A DNA stretch of 64,000 nt from Candidatus Bathyarchaeota archaeon. Its GTDB lineage: Archaea > Thermoproteota > Bathyarchaeia > Bathyarchaeales > Bathycorpusculaceae. The translations under genes and the position numbers were made by a program. The stretch covers positions 448,001-512,000 of the forward strand of contig CAWGYA010000008.1 in the NCBI GenBank assembly GCA_963826715.1. The letters are read 5' to 3'. Under the pieces are notes generated by a model that made no database searches, was not told where the DNA came from, and saw only the letters and a list, made by a program, of their open reading frames with translations. This document shows positions 43,276-54,224 of the stretch, one piece after another (positions within the stretch are counted from its first letter, which is position 1; each line of letters begins with the position of its first letter).

Positions 43276-44562
43276 TTACTCATCGAACTCCAAGGGATAA
43301 GTGGGTATGTAATCCGACGCGAATTTCTCATCATCAGTTGAGTTATTCGAGGACTCTTCAGGTAACTCCTGTTCACAGGCTCTTCGCAGAAGGAGCGGCG
43401 CTAAAAGCGTCGTTATCATAATCATACCTAAAATTGCGGCATATGTGCTCGGGGTTATAGCACCAGCAGTAATCGCGACACCTGCTACGATAAGGCCAAC
43501 TTCGCCTCTGGAAATCATGCCGTAGCCCACTTTATTGCCTTTACTGCGGCTTTTAAGGAAGTAGGCAGCTGGTAATGCACAGCCAATCATTTTGCTTGCA
43601 ACCGCCGCTATGACAAGGACTATAAAGAAAAAATAGAAGAACCAATCTGTTGTGATGAAGCTTCTAAGATCAAATTGGGCTCCTGCTAAAGCAAAGAAAA
43701 CAGGGGAGAAGACTATACTTATTTTTTTGGTGTAGTCCCGGATTTTGTTTATAACGCTTGAGCTTGCAACAGCCATACCTGCTGCGAAGGCTCCAACTAT
43801 GGGAGATAATCCTAATGCCGCAGCTAAGGCAGAAGCACCAAAACATGACGCAGTAGCTGCCGCTTCAACAGTTCCCTCAAGATTTCCTTTTGAGGTTAAA
43901 TTGATTATTCTGGGCAGAATTATGGAGGCGAATATAGTCAGAGCAAGCCAAAGGGCTAAAGAGGTAGAAATAACCACGATAATACTTAGCGGCGTGATAA
44001 CTGTTGAAGAAGAGATAAAGGAAATGATGACACCAAGAATTGCCAAGCCCAAAACGTCATCGATGACGGCTGCGCTAATCATCATTCGCGACTCAATTTT
44101 CCGGTGCTGATTCATCTCTTGCAAAACCAATGCAGTGATGGAAATGCTGGTAGCAACTAGTGCGGCAGCAACAACTAAACTGGTTATAGTATCAAAACCC
44201 ATCAGAATGGAAAGCCCATAGCCCATAGCAAAGGGAACAATTACACCGGCAGTTCCTATGACAAAACCCGCTTTACCTACCCTTCGGAAATCCTTAAAAG
44301 TCATCTCTAAGCCCGCAACAAACAAAATCAGAATACCCCCGATTTCTCCGAAAGCTCTCACAATTTCATTAATGGCAATAAGGGGAGTCCCATTGATGGC
44401 AATTACGGAACCTAAAGCGAAAGGACCAAGTATGATACCTGCTGTTAATTCGCCAAGTACAGAGGGGATTTTTCTCCAGGAAAAAATCTCGCCCAGAACC
44501 TTGGCTGAGAAAACTAGAATACATATTGTGACAATTGCAGTAAGGACACTGTTTAAAGCCAA
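43276..44562 (-). CDS. cation:proton antiporter (CPA2, NapA/KefB-like)
   Basis: PSVLGE, LFVAGLE, AAVIDD, SRGEV. Confidence 0.92.
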   Translation of the reverse strand: MALNSVLTAIVTICILVFSAKVLGEIFSWRKIPSVLGELTAGIILGPFALGSVIAINGTPLIAINEIVRAFGEIGGILILFVAGLEMTFKDFRRVGKAGFVIGTAGVIVPFAMGYGLSILMGFDTITSLVVAAALVATSISITALVLQEMNQHRKIESRMMISAAVIDDVLGLAILGVIISFISSSTVITPLSIIVVISTSLALWLALTIFASIILPRIINLTSKGNLEGTVEAAATASCFGASALAAALGLSPIVGAFAAGMAVASSSVINKIRDYTKKISIVFSPVFFALAGAQFDLRSFITTDWFFYFFFIVLVIAAVASKMIGCALPAAYFLKSRSKGNKVGYGMISRGEVGLIVAGVAITAGAITPSTYAAILGMIMITTLLAPLLLRRACEQELPEESSNNSTDDEKFASDYIPTYPLEFDE

Positions 44563-44723
44563 GGGGGACGCCTCTTCTTAAAGAGGCACACCGTAGAATA
44601 ACTATTTAAGATTAGCTCACGTGAAATGATTTTTTATTCATAGGTAAAAAAAATTCTGTTTATTAGGATTATTAAAAAATAGAAGAAAATTTGAAGGTTT
44701 TCAACTATTATGGAGCTTGTTTT

Positions 44724-45011
44724 TTACTTTTTGGTAAGGGTAATCTCCATTGTCGAAACCATTCTGGACTTGCTCTCGCCCTCACGTGGCGGCATCTCGA
44801 CTGTCCCAATTGCAATTTTGGAAACTTTGAGGTCTTTAACGAAGCGATTTCTTGAAATCTCGGCTACATCGACAGCAGTAGTAATAGCTTGACCTCTAGC
44901 TTTTAGTGTTATTTCATTCGATGTACCTGATGAAAGGTTGGTGATAATTGCCAGAACATAGTTCATGGGTGGTTTGTTTCCTACGAAGATAACATTTGAA
45001 TTTTCTGTCAT
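44724..45011 (-). CDS. albA: DNA/RNA-binding protein Alba (second paralogue)
   Basis: VGNKPPMNYVLA, KARGQAITTAVDVAE. Confidence 0.93.
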   Translation of the reverse strand: MTENSNVIFVGNKPPMNYVLAIITNLSSGTSNEITLKARGQAITTAVDVAEISRNRFVKDLKVSKIAIGTVEMPPREGESKSRMVSTMEITLTKK

Positions 45012-45219
45012 TATTCATTAACTCCTTTGGTCGCGTAGAGGAACATTGGGTTTTAGTTCTTCTTTTGAGCGCAACGTTACTGAAAATTATGTAAGGTAAC
45101 TTCCTAATAAGTTCATTGAAAAATCTTCTCAGCCAAAATAATGTTGAACAAGCTGGTTAAGAAAGGCTTTTCTACAGCCAACCCGTAATTGGCTCAATAT
45201 ACGAGAGACTCAGAAAACT

Positions 45220-45852
45220 GTGCTGACTAAACTAAAAAAACAAATCCAGGAAATGCTAAAAAGCGAAGCAAAAATAGCACATAAAATAGGTTTAACTCCC
45301 AACCACATTAGCATAATAGGCTTCATCTTAGCCTCAGCCTCTGCAGTTGCATACGGGTTATTTACAACACAAGCAAATTGGCTTTTGCTTCTAGCAACCT
45401 TTTTCCTGCTCGCATCAGGATTCTGCGACACGATGGACGGCATCGTAGCCCGCACTCATAAACAAACCACGGTTTTCGGCGGATTCTTCGACTCGGTACT
45501 AGACCGGTACGCAGACTCTGCAATCTACGCAGGAATAATAATCGCAGGAATTAGCAATGCCGCTTGGGGACCTGTTTGGGGGGCAATCTGGGGTTTGGCA
45601 ACATTTGGGGGTTCATTACTTGTTAGTTATACACGTGCAAGAGCAGAAGTCGCGGGATTAAAAATGGAGTCTGTGGGTTTTGCTGAACGTGCGGAGCGTA
45701 TGCTTATCCTAGCTGTGATTAGTATAATAGGGTTCTTCTGGTTGCCTGTGTTTGGCTACGGCATCGCTTTATTAGCGGTACTTTCAAACCTAACGGTTTT
45801 ACAAAGAGTGTTGCATGTTTATAAAAAATTAAATAAAAAGGTAGCTGTTTAG
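45220..45852 (+). CDS. CDP-alcohol phosphatidyltransferase (archaetidylinositol-phosphate synthase-like)
   Basis: DTMDGIVAR..G..FDSVLDR motif; SYTRARAE. Confidence 0.92.
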   Translation: MLTKLKKQIQEMLKSEAKIAHKIGLTPNHISIIGFILASASAVAYGLFTTQANWLLLLATFFLLASGFCDTMDGIVARTHKQTTVFGGFFDSVLDRYADSAIYAGIIIAGISNAAWGPVWGAIWGLATFGGSLLVSYTRARAEVAGLKMESVGFAERAERMLILAVISIIGFFWLPVFGYGIALLAVLSNLTVLQRVLHVYKKLNKKVAV

Positions 45853-45856
45853 CCAC

Positions 45857-46150
45857 TTAATACCGTCTTTTGTAGCCTCTTGAATGCCGTTCACTTTCGG
45901 CTCTAACCTTGACGATGCCACGATGAACAGCGCATGAAATACAATAATATTTAGTATCAACCCAAGAAGCTAAAAATGTGCCTTTCTGTCTGAGTTCTTT
46001 AGCTAATTGAGGCTCAACAAAAGATACTCTTCGAGTGGAGCGTTTGGCCTTGTCCCTGGGTACCATTGCACCGCAATTTACACATTGAACTAGGGTACTG
46101 CTTCCTTTGCTTCCTTTCGCTCTTCCTCGGCTTTTTCGCTTACTGGGCAT
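45857..46150 (-). CDS. rps26e: 30S ribosomal protein S26e
   Basis: KRKSRGR, VQCVNCG..VPRDKA, YCISCAVH. Confidence 0.95.
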   Translation of the reverse strand: MPSKRKSRGRAKGSKGSSTLVQCVNCGAMVPRDKAKRSTRRVSFVEPQLAKELRQKGTFLASWVDTKYYCISCAVHRGIVKVRAESERHSRGYKRRY

Positions 46151-46431
46151 TATTTTGACCTACTTTTTTCCTTTTGTCCCATTTATTGAATTAACTATCT
46201 TATATATCTGCCTTAACATTGCGTGCGAAGCATGATGCATTAGAAGCTGTAAGCGAAACATTTTTTGCAAAATCGATTAATATTAGTCATAGAGACTCAA
46301 CTTTGTAACCTACATAAGTACGCAATCAAACTGACAAAGGAATTTTTCATGTTAAGTAACTCTTAATTATGCGCTTAACCTATTTGTTCACTCGTGCAAA
46401 AGTCTATCTGAATTGTGGAAGTGAGACAATA

Positions 46432-47010
46432 ATGGCTGAAATCGGATTAAGAACAAAAATGCTGGTTCGAGACGTGATGAGCAGTCCAGTCGTAACTATG
46501 GGCGAAAATGAAACTTCAAACCAGGCTGCTTCCAACATGGATAAGAACAATTTAGGTGCAGTCATAGTCCAGAACAAAGTGGGAAAACCAATCGGTATCA
46601 TAACAGAACGCGATATCGTAAAGCGTGTTGTTGCTAAAAACCTAAAACCAGATACTATAGAGGCCAAAGAAATCATGACAACCCCCCTGGTCACAATTGA
46701 ACCTGAAGCATCCATCACTGATGCTGCGCGAAGGATGACACGTCTTGACATCCGAAGATTAGGCGTAATCTATAAGGGCAATTTGGTAGGAATAATCTCG
46801 AGCAAAGACATTTTAGGCGTCATGCCCGAACTCATTGAAACCATGCAAGAACGCTCGCGAATAGAAAACGCAGACAGAACCGAGGAGAACGAAGAGATTC
46901 CGCTTTCAGGCTCTTGCGATCGCTGCAATGTCTACTCTGAGAACCTCAAAGAACGCAATGGACAAAATATCTGCGACGAATGCCGAATAGAACTTGAACA
47001 AGAAAAATAA
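46432..47010 (+). CDS. CBS-pair protein with C-terminal zinc finger
   Basis: VRDVMSSPVV, GIITERD, CDRC..CDEC. Confidence 0.88.
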   Translation: MAEIGLRTKMLVRDVMSSPVVTMGENETSNQAASNMDKNNLGAVIVQNKVGKPIGIITERDIVKRVVAKNLKPDTIEAKEIMTTPLVTIEPEASITDAARRMTRLDIRRLGVIYKGNLVGIISSKDILGVMPELIETMQERSRIENADRTEENEEIPLSGSCDRCNVYSENLKERNGQNICDECRIELEQEK

Positions 47011-47136
47011 CCCTTTTCACGAAATAAGTTTTCTTAATTCCTTTTTCGCGACCAAAACGTTATTGAAAACATCTAAATTAATATCTCCAAAATATCAATT
47101 TAGATGTAGCAAAAATTTTCACTCGAGGTCAACTTA

Positions 47137-47790
47137 GTGAAAGATGAATGCGGAATCTGCGGTATAGTTATGCGTACAATCTATTTGCGCCAGTGTCAAC
47201 GTTGCAAAAAAAAGTTTTGCCGAGACTGCATGACCCCAGATGTCGCTACTGGCGACCCCAATGCAATGCTGTGTCTCCATTGTGCACGCCGAATTGTGTC
47301 ACCGCGAAATATTTCCAAGTATGCGGGGTTAGAAAGTCATCTAAAATTCCGAAGTGCCTTTACAGACCAGGTCACACTAAAATTTGCCCGAATCGACGGC
47401 TTAATCGGCAACAATCTCTCTATGGCCGCTTACCGGCAAGAGACATTGTGGAGCAACAGTTCGTCTAGCAGTCATGCGAAGGCTTGGCTTAATGCAGGTT
47501 GGGAAGTGCAGCAACTCAACCTCAAAGAAGGTACTGTTACCTTCAAAAAAGTTCGGGCCTTGCCCAAAAAACGAAAGAATAACAAATCTGAAATCACATC
47601 GCCTTTCACTCCAGTACCGGTACATTCCCCCCGTTACAAAGCACCATCAAAAACCAAGGTTTCCAAGCTGTACGCCAGAATCAAAAACCTGGAACGCCAA
47701 CGTACGATGCCTCGCCAACCCGTAAGAGGATTTAAGTCAAAAACACATTATCAAAAGAAACTTTTTAAGTCCAGCCAGAAACCACGTTAG
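47137..47790 (+). CDS. Zn-finger + basic nucleic-acid-binding hypothetical protein
   Basis: Four CxxC pairs then SKY..L...WSN...HAKAWL.AGW. Confidence 0.7.
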   Translation: MKDECGICGIVMRTIYLRQCQRCKKKFCRDCMTPDVATGDPNAMLCLHCARRIVSPRNISKYAGLESHLKFRSAFTDQVTLKFARIDGLIGNNLSMAAYRQETLWSNSSSSSHAKAWLNAGWEVQQLNLKEGTVTFKKVRALPKKRKNNKSEITSPFTPVPVHSPRYKAPSKTKVSKLYARIKNLERQRTMPRQPVRGFKSKTHYQKKLFKSSQKPR

Positions 47791-47794
47791 TTGA

Positions 47795-48340
47795 TTGAGA
47801 TGTGGTTTTCTGATAATTAAACAAACAGTTAATTTTGATGTTGAAGCGGCGTTTTCTAGAGCAAAGTCTGCACTTTTGGGTAATGGTTGCAAAGTTCTGC
47901 GTGAGCAGGCTCCAATAACTCTTGTTTTAGGACAAGGTTCACTAATGGGTATTGCGCCAAAAAAGGCTAAAAAAACAATTTATGTTGATTTTGAGGCAGT
48001 TGAAGAAAAAACGCTGGTAAGTTATCGCTCAGCAGTTGCTCGCGACTGGATTTATATCACATTAATCGGGTGTAGTTTGTCTTTAGCCTTGGCGACAGTT
48101 TGTCTTTGGATTAGTTGGGACTTAGAGGCTTTCATGGCGACTGGTCACCCGAGCGTTTGGAGTTGGTTAATCACCGCACAGAATCAAGTGGATTTTCAAG
48201 TTGGTCGAACCTTTGTCAACCTCGCTTATTGATTAGCCGCATTCCTGTTTGTAGTGATTTTTGTTGAAGCCATAATCTACATTAACGTTCAGTCTAAAAT
48301 CAACGGGTTTGCTCAAGAGATCCTAAAGAGTCTCAGTTAG
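47795..48340 (+). CDS. membrane protein with one in-frame TGA (48230)
   Basis: Hydrophobic frame continues for 35 codons after the TGA to TAG at 48340. Confidence 0.5.
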
Positions 48341-49463
48341 AAGATCCATTGATATTTTTTCCGCATTGTTCACAGTAAGCAGCAAATTCTTTGTTTGGGG
48401 CGCCGCAGTGGATACAATATTTGCTTTCAGAAGTATCGGACGAGTTTTCTAATGCACGACTTGAAATCGACGTTATACTGAGGATTTTGGGTTTTCTGGC
48501 GGACCACACAGCAAGTGCAATACACCCAGATATCGCAATTATGATGACTGCGAAAAGGATGGGGTTTTCTGAAATCAAGTTGAAGGAAAGCGGCAGAACT
48601 GTTTTTACAGTTGGATCAGTCACATCAGGGGATGGAGTTCGGGTGGGATTTGGGGTTTCCCCTGTCGTAACCGGCGCATATGTAGGGGTTGGATCAGCAG
48701 CGGGTGTAACAACTATGTCGGGAACGAACTGTTTACTTTCATCTATGGTGTAAATCATTGCTTTTTGGTTTAGAAATGCCTCAGGAAGCTGCCCGATTTT
48801 AAAGTTGTTCCCAGTTGTTTCGCAGTAATAGTATGATTTGTTTGAGTCAGAAGGATAGTTCCAATAAGTGCCATGTAGATTATTGCCTAAAATGCCCACT
48901 GCATAATGATTAGGCGGATTAATGTAAACCGTTCCGTAGCCTAAAATCAAAGTTAGAGATGCAAAAAGAATCGAAGTGTCTTCACAATCTCCCCCGTCAT
49001 CAACTAAAGTTTCAATGGGAAAACGTGGGTACTCGTCATGACCTGTGGTTACCGAATCTGAGGTATAAGGCAGGCTCTGGACGAAGGCTAACATAAAACT
49101 GACTTGGTCAAAGGAGCTATATTGAAGCTGAGTGGTTGTTTCGTTGAGTTTTCTAGCAAGCATGTTTAGATAGTAGTCTTCGGTTGTGGTGAGAAAACCA
49201 TAACCCGCTGGACCGTCACGCGTGCGACGGCTATCTGGAACAGAATTGTAAGCGTCATAGAGAGCTGTGGGTATAGTCAGGTTCCAAGTCCAATGTTTAC
49301 CATCGTAATCCCATGCAAACACTTTATCATAATTAGAGCCTGTTTGTGCGGCAACAACTTGGCGCGGCAAAAATATTGGCAATGATATAATGAGAACTAA
49401 AGATAAGATAACCAGTAATCCAAGAGGTTTTAAAACCTGAAGACGCTTGTTTAGCTTAGTCAT
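48333..49463 (-). CDS. secreted transglutaminase-like cysteine protease with TM and zinc ribbon
   Basis: GDCEDT, HYAVG, YCETT; CIHCG..CEQCG. Confidence 0.8.
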   Translation of the reverse strand: MTKLNKRLQVLKPLGLLVILSLVLIISLPIFLPRQVVAAQTGSNYDKVFAWDYDGKHWTWNLTIPTALYDAYNSVPDSRRTRDGPAGYGFLTTTEDYYLNMLARKLNETTTQLQYSSFDQVSFMLAFVQSLPYTSDSVTTGHDEYPRFPIETLVDDGGDCEDTSILFASLTLILGYGTVYINPPNHYAVGILGNNLHGTYWNYPSDSNKSYYYCETTGNNFKIGQLPEAFLNQKAMIYTIDESKQFVPDIVVTPAADPTPTYAPVTTGETPNPTRTPSPDVTDPTVKTVLPLSFNLISENPILFAVIIIAISGCIALAVWSARKPKILSITSISSRALENSSDTSESKYCIHCGAPNKEFAAYCEQCGKNINGSSN

Positions 49464-49645
49464 TTTGGGTGTCTTAAAGAGTTCTCGGGGTCATGTTTAA
49501 AACTTCCCCCAAATTAGTATTTTTTTAAAATTGATTGATTAAACCAGGTTGCGCAATTTAAAGCTAAAGAAGGAAAGACAACATAAGGTATGGCTAAACA
49601 ATTCGTTCATAGACCAGTAGCAACATGCAGAATTCTGGCTTCAAG

Positions 49646-49939
49646 TTATTTCTGTTTGATTATACCGTAACTCTGCTTCTTCCAGGCGTCACGAAACTTG
49701 TTATAATAGTCTACGGGCTGAAACACAGGTGCATATATGAGTTCCCACTCTAAACCGCATTTGCAAACTGCATAGGCTTTCTTGTTTTTTGTGTCAGCAT
49801 AAATCTGCAACAATTCCTTACGACATTTTGGGCAGTAGTAGGGACCGTTCACCATTTGCTTGGCATCCTTTGTGAGGATTTTCATACGACTTGAAGTGAC
49901 TTTATGCAGACCTTTGGCAGGGCTTTTGTCCGAACTCAT
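49646..49939 (-). CDS. Elf1-like transcription elongation factor (Zn ribbon)
   Basis: YCPKC...AVCKCGL...PVDYYNKFRD. Confidence 0.65.
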   Translation of the reverse strand: MSSDKSPAKGLHKVTSSRMKILTKDAKQMVNGPYYCPKCRKELLQIYADTKNKKAYAVCKCGLEWELIYAPVFQPVDYYNKFRDAWKKQSYGIIKQK

Positions 49940-50176
49940 CTAAATCATGATAAACATAGGCTAAACCTCAAAGATATACTATTCCATTCAAAAATCAGAA
50001 ATCCCAAGTAGAAAAAGGAATCAACTAAGCATCAAAGCCCCAAAAATTAACAGATCTTAAAGGAATCTCGTCCAACTCGAAACAACTAAAGTAAGCAGTA
50101 ATCAATGCAAGAATCAAATCTCAATTGCAAATAAATTATTAAAAAAATAAAAATACCAAGACATTGACAATTAAAA

Positions 50177-50371
50177 TTAACTTTTTTCTTTGCACGGATT
50201 TGAACCAAGATAAATTGTTACCAAAAGGGCTACAAAAACTAGGGTTCCTACAGGGAGGAATAATCCAAAAAGAATATCACCGATTAAGCTTTCAAAAACT
50301 AACATATAAACTGACGAGATCAATGCCACAGCTAACCAGCAACTAACAACTGCTGCAGTTCTATACTCCAA
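50177..50371 (-). CDS. small 2-TM protein
   Basis: GAGG upstream, hydrophobic. Confidence 0.5.
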   Translation of the reverse strand: MEYRTAAVVSCWLAVALISSVYMLVFESLIGDILFGLFLPVGTLVFVALLVTIYLGSNPCKEKS

Positions 50372-50545
50372 TATCTTCGCCTCAAATTGAGTTTATCTTT
50401 CATCTTATTAATAGTTTTAACAATCAAAAGAATAACAAAAATATTCTCGCTCTAGTATGAGAGAAATCAATTTTAAAAAGAAAAATGAAAAATTTGAAAG
50501 AATCTGTTTACTACATATTTTTCAAAAGGCCTCGAAGGATCCGAC

Positions 50546-50875
50546 TTACATTTGCATTGGCATCATTTCAAAGATTTCAATACTTGAGTGGGGCATCATG
50601 AAATGTGGATGACCAGTAAGCATTAACTTAACTGCTTCTATGTCATTCGCTTGAACAATAGAGTACCCGTTGATCTGCGTTTGACTTTTAGACTTGCCTT
50701 CCTTGTCTAAGCGCACTCCATTTCCTAAAGGAGCGCCCATATCAACTACTGCATTTCCGGCTTTCTTATACCAAGCCATCCAGGGCTCCATCCCTTTCTT
50801 CAGCTCTTCAGGACTCACATTCATTTGCGCTTCCGCTGATACCGGAGCTAAATATAAAATCATAAATTTCTTCAA
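50546..50875 (-). CDS. YCII-related protein
   Basis: KKFMILY...W.AW...VVDMGAPL...GYSIVQA...HPH. Confidence 0.75.
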   Translation of the reverse strand: MKKFMILYLAPVSAEAQMNVSPEELKKGMEPWMAWYKKAGNAVVDMGAPLGNGVRLDKEGKSKSQTQINGYSIVQANDIEAVKLMLTGHPHFMMPHSSIEIFEMMPMQM

Positions 50876-51286
50876 AATAGGTCTACCTCATCAAAACTGA
50901 GATATCTAAAAAGTTGAAGCAAGCAAATAAACGCTTGTGACTACCATTGCACTACAACAGGAATTAACTGATTTTGTATAGGTATTTTCTGTATTGACAT
51001 TAATACTCCAGTCTATGCCAAAATTTAAGATTCAATTTAGTATAATATTGTCGCTTGAAGAAGCAAGGGCAAAAAAGTTCCTTAAACAGACACTAAAAGT
51101 AAAATCTAACTAAGCCACTAAAGATAGCTTAGAAAGATAACTAACTTTTAGTAGAAAACTAAATATTAGAGACATCTTCAACCTTGCTTACTTGGGGCAT
51201 TAACGTCCTCAGTTAACAAATGTAAAACGCTTAAATCCCAAATGGTGTTACAGTTCACTAATTCAGTTGTGAGGTGAAATAGGAGC

Positions 51287-51358
51287 ATGATATTCGAGGA
51301 AGAAGAAGAGGAATGGACAGAAACTGAAGATGAAGAATTTGAAGAGGAAGATTGGTAA
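51287..51358 (+). CDS. 23-aa highly acidic small protein
   Basis: MIFEEEEEEWTETEDEEFEEEDW; upstream CTTAAA TATA-like box and GAGGTG/GGAG; T-rich tract downstream. Confidence 0.5.
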   Translation: MIFEEEEEEWTETEDEEFEEEDW

Positions 51359-51652
51359 AATGAACCTTTCATTTCACTTTAATTTTTATTTTCACCAATT
51401 ATAGCAAGCAATGTTGTTTCAAATCATTCTTTTAGACATTAAGAACTTTTACCCATTAAAAGTGTCAAGATCGACTCTGTAACTTCAAAATTTACGTTCT
51501 GTAAAAAAACCAAATTCAAGCCTTTTGACAATAAAACTTCAAAATTAGTTCTTCGCTTTAATCCGTACAGGTCGATTTTTAGCAAAAATAAAAAAAATTC
51601 TAAAGACTCATATACAAAAACAAACTTAAGTTAAGTGAAGCAGTGAATTAAA

Positions 51653-51898
51653 ATGAAGAAAATCTCACAGGAAGATTTTGATAGATTACTGAATCAGTTT
51701 AGAGCGTTAAGTAACGAAAGACTGGAAATCGAAAATGAGCTTCTTAAGGTTTATGAGGTGCTAAACGTTAAAAATATTTCAACAATACCATCTGAAAAAT
51801 TTAAGACCATAACATCTTTAAGAGAAAGGTTGAAAATCGTGAAGAAAGAAATAAAAAAGATAGACCAAAAAATCTTAAAAATGCTAAAAATCAGCTAA
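51653..51898 (+). CDS. coiled-coil hypothetical protein
   Basis: 81-aa ORF. Confidence 0.45.
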   Translation: MKKISQEDFDRLLNQFRALSNERLEIENELLKVYEVLNVKNISTIPSEKFKTITSLRERLKIVKKEIKKIDQKILKMLKIS

Positions 51899-51929
51899 AA
51901 TTCTTGCTATATAAACCCTAACCAAAACA

Positions 51930-52220
51930 ATCGTTCTTCCTTTCTGAAATTATCCAGTGAAAATCCCAGTTCAAGGAGTGGGTAAAAGACATCTCTAAGA
52001 TTATGCAGCTCTGGCAAAGGTATTTGGCTCTGTCAGGTTTGAGACATACTGAATCATGAAGTTAGCTTCAACAGAATAATAGAGCTAGGCAAAGAGGCAA
52101 GAAGTGAATACATCAATGATGAAGGCATAGTTGAGTATTTTAGAAATCCTAAAGATTTCCTTAGTTAGGCACCAAGAACAGCTACATAAAAGTAGTCCCA
52201 GCCAGGTTACTTGATGAAAT
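51930..52220 (+). pseudogene. relic of SSV1-type integrase catalytic region (Int(C))
   Basis: Across frameshifts: YLALSGLRH.E...SFNRIIELG...EY...GIVEYFRNPKDFL..GTKNSYI.VVP. Confidence 0.55.
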
Positions 52221-52320
52221 ATCTAAGAGTAGAAAACTTTGTTATTCTCTCCTAACATAACAGGAATTTTTGAGAGGACTCATGTATAAAATCTTATTAG
52301 TACACATTTCTTATTGCTAA

Positions 52321-53024
52321 GTGAAAATCTTGACAAAAAAAGATTCTCTAACAAAAGCTAATTCAGCTATTTTGCACGAATTTATTAAGGAATTTTTTGA
52401 ATTTCTTACAAGAGATGATTTAGTGGGTGTTTGTAACATTGATGGCGAAATGATACTCGCATTACCATTTGACCTTCTTGCAGAAGATTTTATGAGGTTT
52501 GCAAAAGAGGACCTTAAAGAAAGCTCAGAAAGGTCCCTAATAAACGCTCTTTCCAACATAAAGAGAACTATAATTGTAGAATAGCTTGCTTACTTGTTTA
52601 TTTTGGACTTTATAATACAGCTAAAAAGAATCATTGGAGTCTTCCAAAGAGCGCAAAATTTCTTATGGATATTGGCGTAATCGCCCCAGGGATTTTGAAT
52701 AAAATTAATACTAAAAGAAACAAGTTAGAGCATGAATTCAAAAAACCAACTATCACAGAAGTTAGAGACTATTTTGATGTTGCTGAGCTGTTTATGAGTT
52801 GCACTAACCAATTCCTTAAGAATTTTACAGATTTTGAGGTCCATGCCTCTAAGATTGAAGATGACACTCCAAGGGGAGAGATATACCTCTTTTCAAAAGA
52901 GGGTCTAATTAAGGTAATATACAAAACATCATTGAATAAAACAGATTTTGAAGTGCCTCTCGTTGAAATAGAAATTTACACTAAATTGTTGTCATATTTA
53001 GTTCGTTTTATTCAGGATAGGTAG
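52321..53024 (+). pseudogene. HEPN-domain protein, frameshifted near 52565
   Basis: NALSNIKR....IGVIAPGILNKINTKRNKLEHEF (Rx4H). Confidence 0.6.
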
Positions 53025-53177
53025 GTTCTTGACCACTCGTATTCAGCATCCTCTTATCTTTTATCTTAGTTTTCTTGTTCATGTCTGCTTGGAGGGTCAA
53101 GGGCGAAAAAGTACAATAAACAGGTACTAAGACGTAAGACCTGTTGATAATAAAAAGAAGATGATTTGAAAAACCAG

Positions 53178-53578
53178 CTATTTTATGAAAGAAGTTGTGT
53201 AGCCGTACCCTTCTATTCTGATTACCTGTAGATCAATGGAGGCATCAAATGAAAAAGGAGTTTCAGATTTGAGATTTGGTACTGCTTGACAATCTGTTAG
53301 GGTGAAACTGTGCCCTTTACCTGTTACATCTACTGTTCCCAATTCTTTAGATAGGTTTATCCATGAACCATTGTAGGCTAGGTAACTTACAGTTGCTTCA
53401 CAGTTATAGAGAACTCCATCGGTTTTGAATTGCAGAGTAGCTCCAACATAATCACTTGAGATTTGCATTAAAGTTCCCGCATAGGAGAGTGAAACTTGTT
53501 TCTCAAAAATACAAATACTGAAAATAAAATAACTTCAACAATAACAACTGATAAGCCAATTATTACTTTCTTCTTCAT
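53178..53578 (-). pseudogene. secreted hypothetical protein, frameshifted
   Basis: MKKKVIIGLSV signal-like start at 53578 out of frame with 53178..53468. Confidence 0.4.
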
Positions 53579-54224
53579 ATTTATTTTAATACTTCGATTA
53601 TAACTTAAAAGCTTAAGCTTACTGAATTAAGTGTTTTTTCTAGACTTTCTTTAATCATAAACTAATAAGCAACCTGATTAAATAGTGGAAGACATGCGAC
53701 CACCAGAGTTTACAGAGGTAAATAGAATAAAAGTTCTATTATGATGAGAAAGGCATTGTTGTCTTTGTGGGATTATTGGTGTATCCTTGTTTATGGAAAA
53801 CTTGGCTTTTAAATTCTTTCTAATAGTCTTAACTGCTGGGCATACCCTAACTCTTGATTAACAAATTGAGAGAGAACTCCATGTTCTGTTAGCAGGACAA
53901 TCATAAGGAACAATTGATGTTTTCATTCTGAATGCGCTGCTTAAACGCTTGCTCAAAGCTTAGATAGTTTTCTGCTTTGTATGGTCAAACTGGACTATTC
54001 TGCCCAAAGAATCATGAAGAAGTTGCGCTAAGTTGTTGTCTTCTCTAGCAAAGGATGAATATATTATAGCTCTTCAAATACCGATCCTCAGATTTTTAGG
54101 TTAAACATTCTTTTCAGCTATTCAGCTATAACTTTTTTGTAAGGTGTAACGCTCCAAAATTATCCTTTAGAGGACTTTATAAGCAGAGTTGACCAGTCTG
54201 GGTTCCAAACTAAGGTTGGTCAGT

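Noticed and set aside
41931-45011. Two Alba paralogues within 3 kb
   Set aside because: Multiple Alba genes are common in archaea; not novel
48230-48232. In-frame TGA (also near 3030 and 56071) suggesting stop-codon recoding
   Set aside because: TGA ends apparently complete genes here (ferredoxin, 1547-aa protein), and TAA/TAG lesions are equally present; these are more likely mutations or errors
51178-51372. Ser-rich minus-strand ORF
   Set aside because: Antisense of the GAA-rich acidic microprotein; expression signals favour the plus strand
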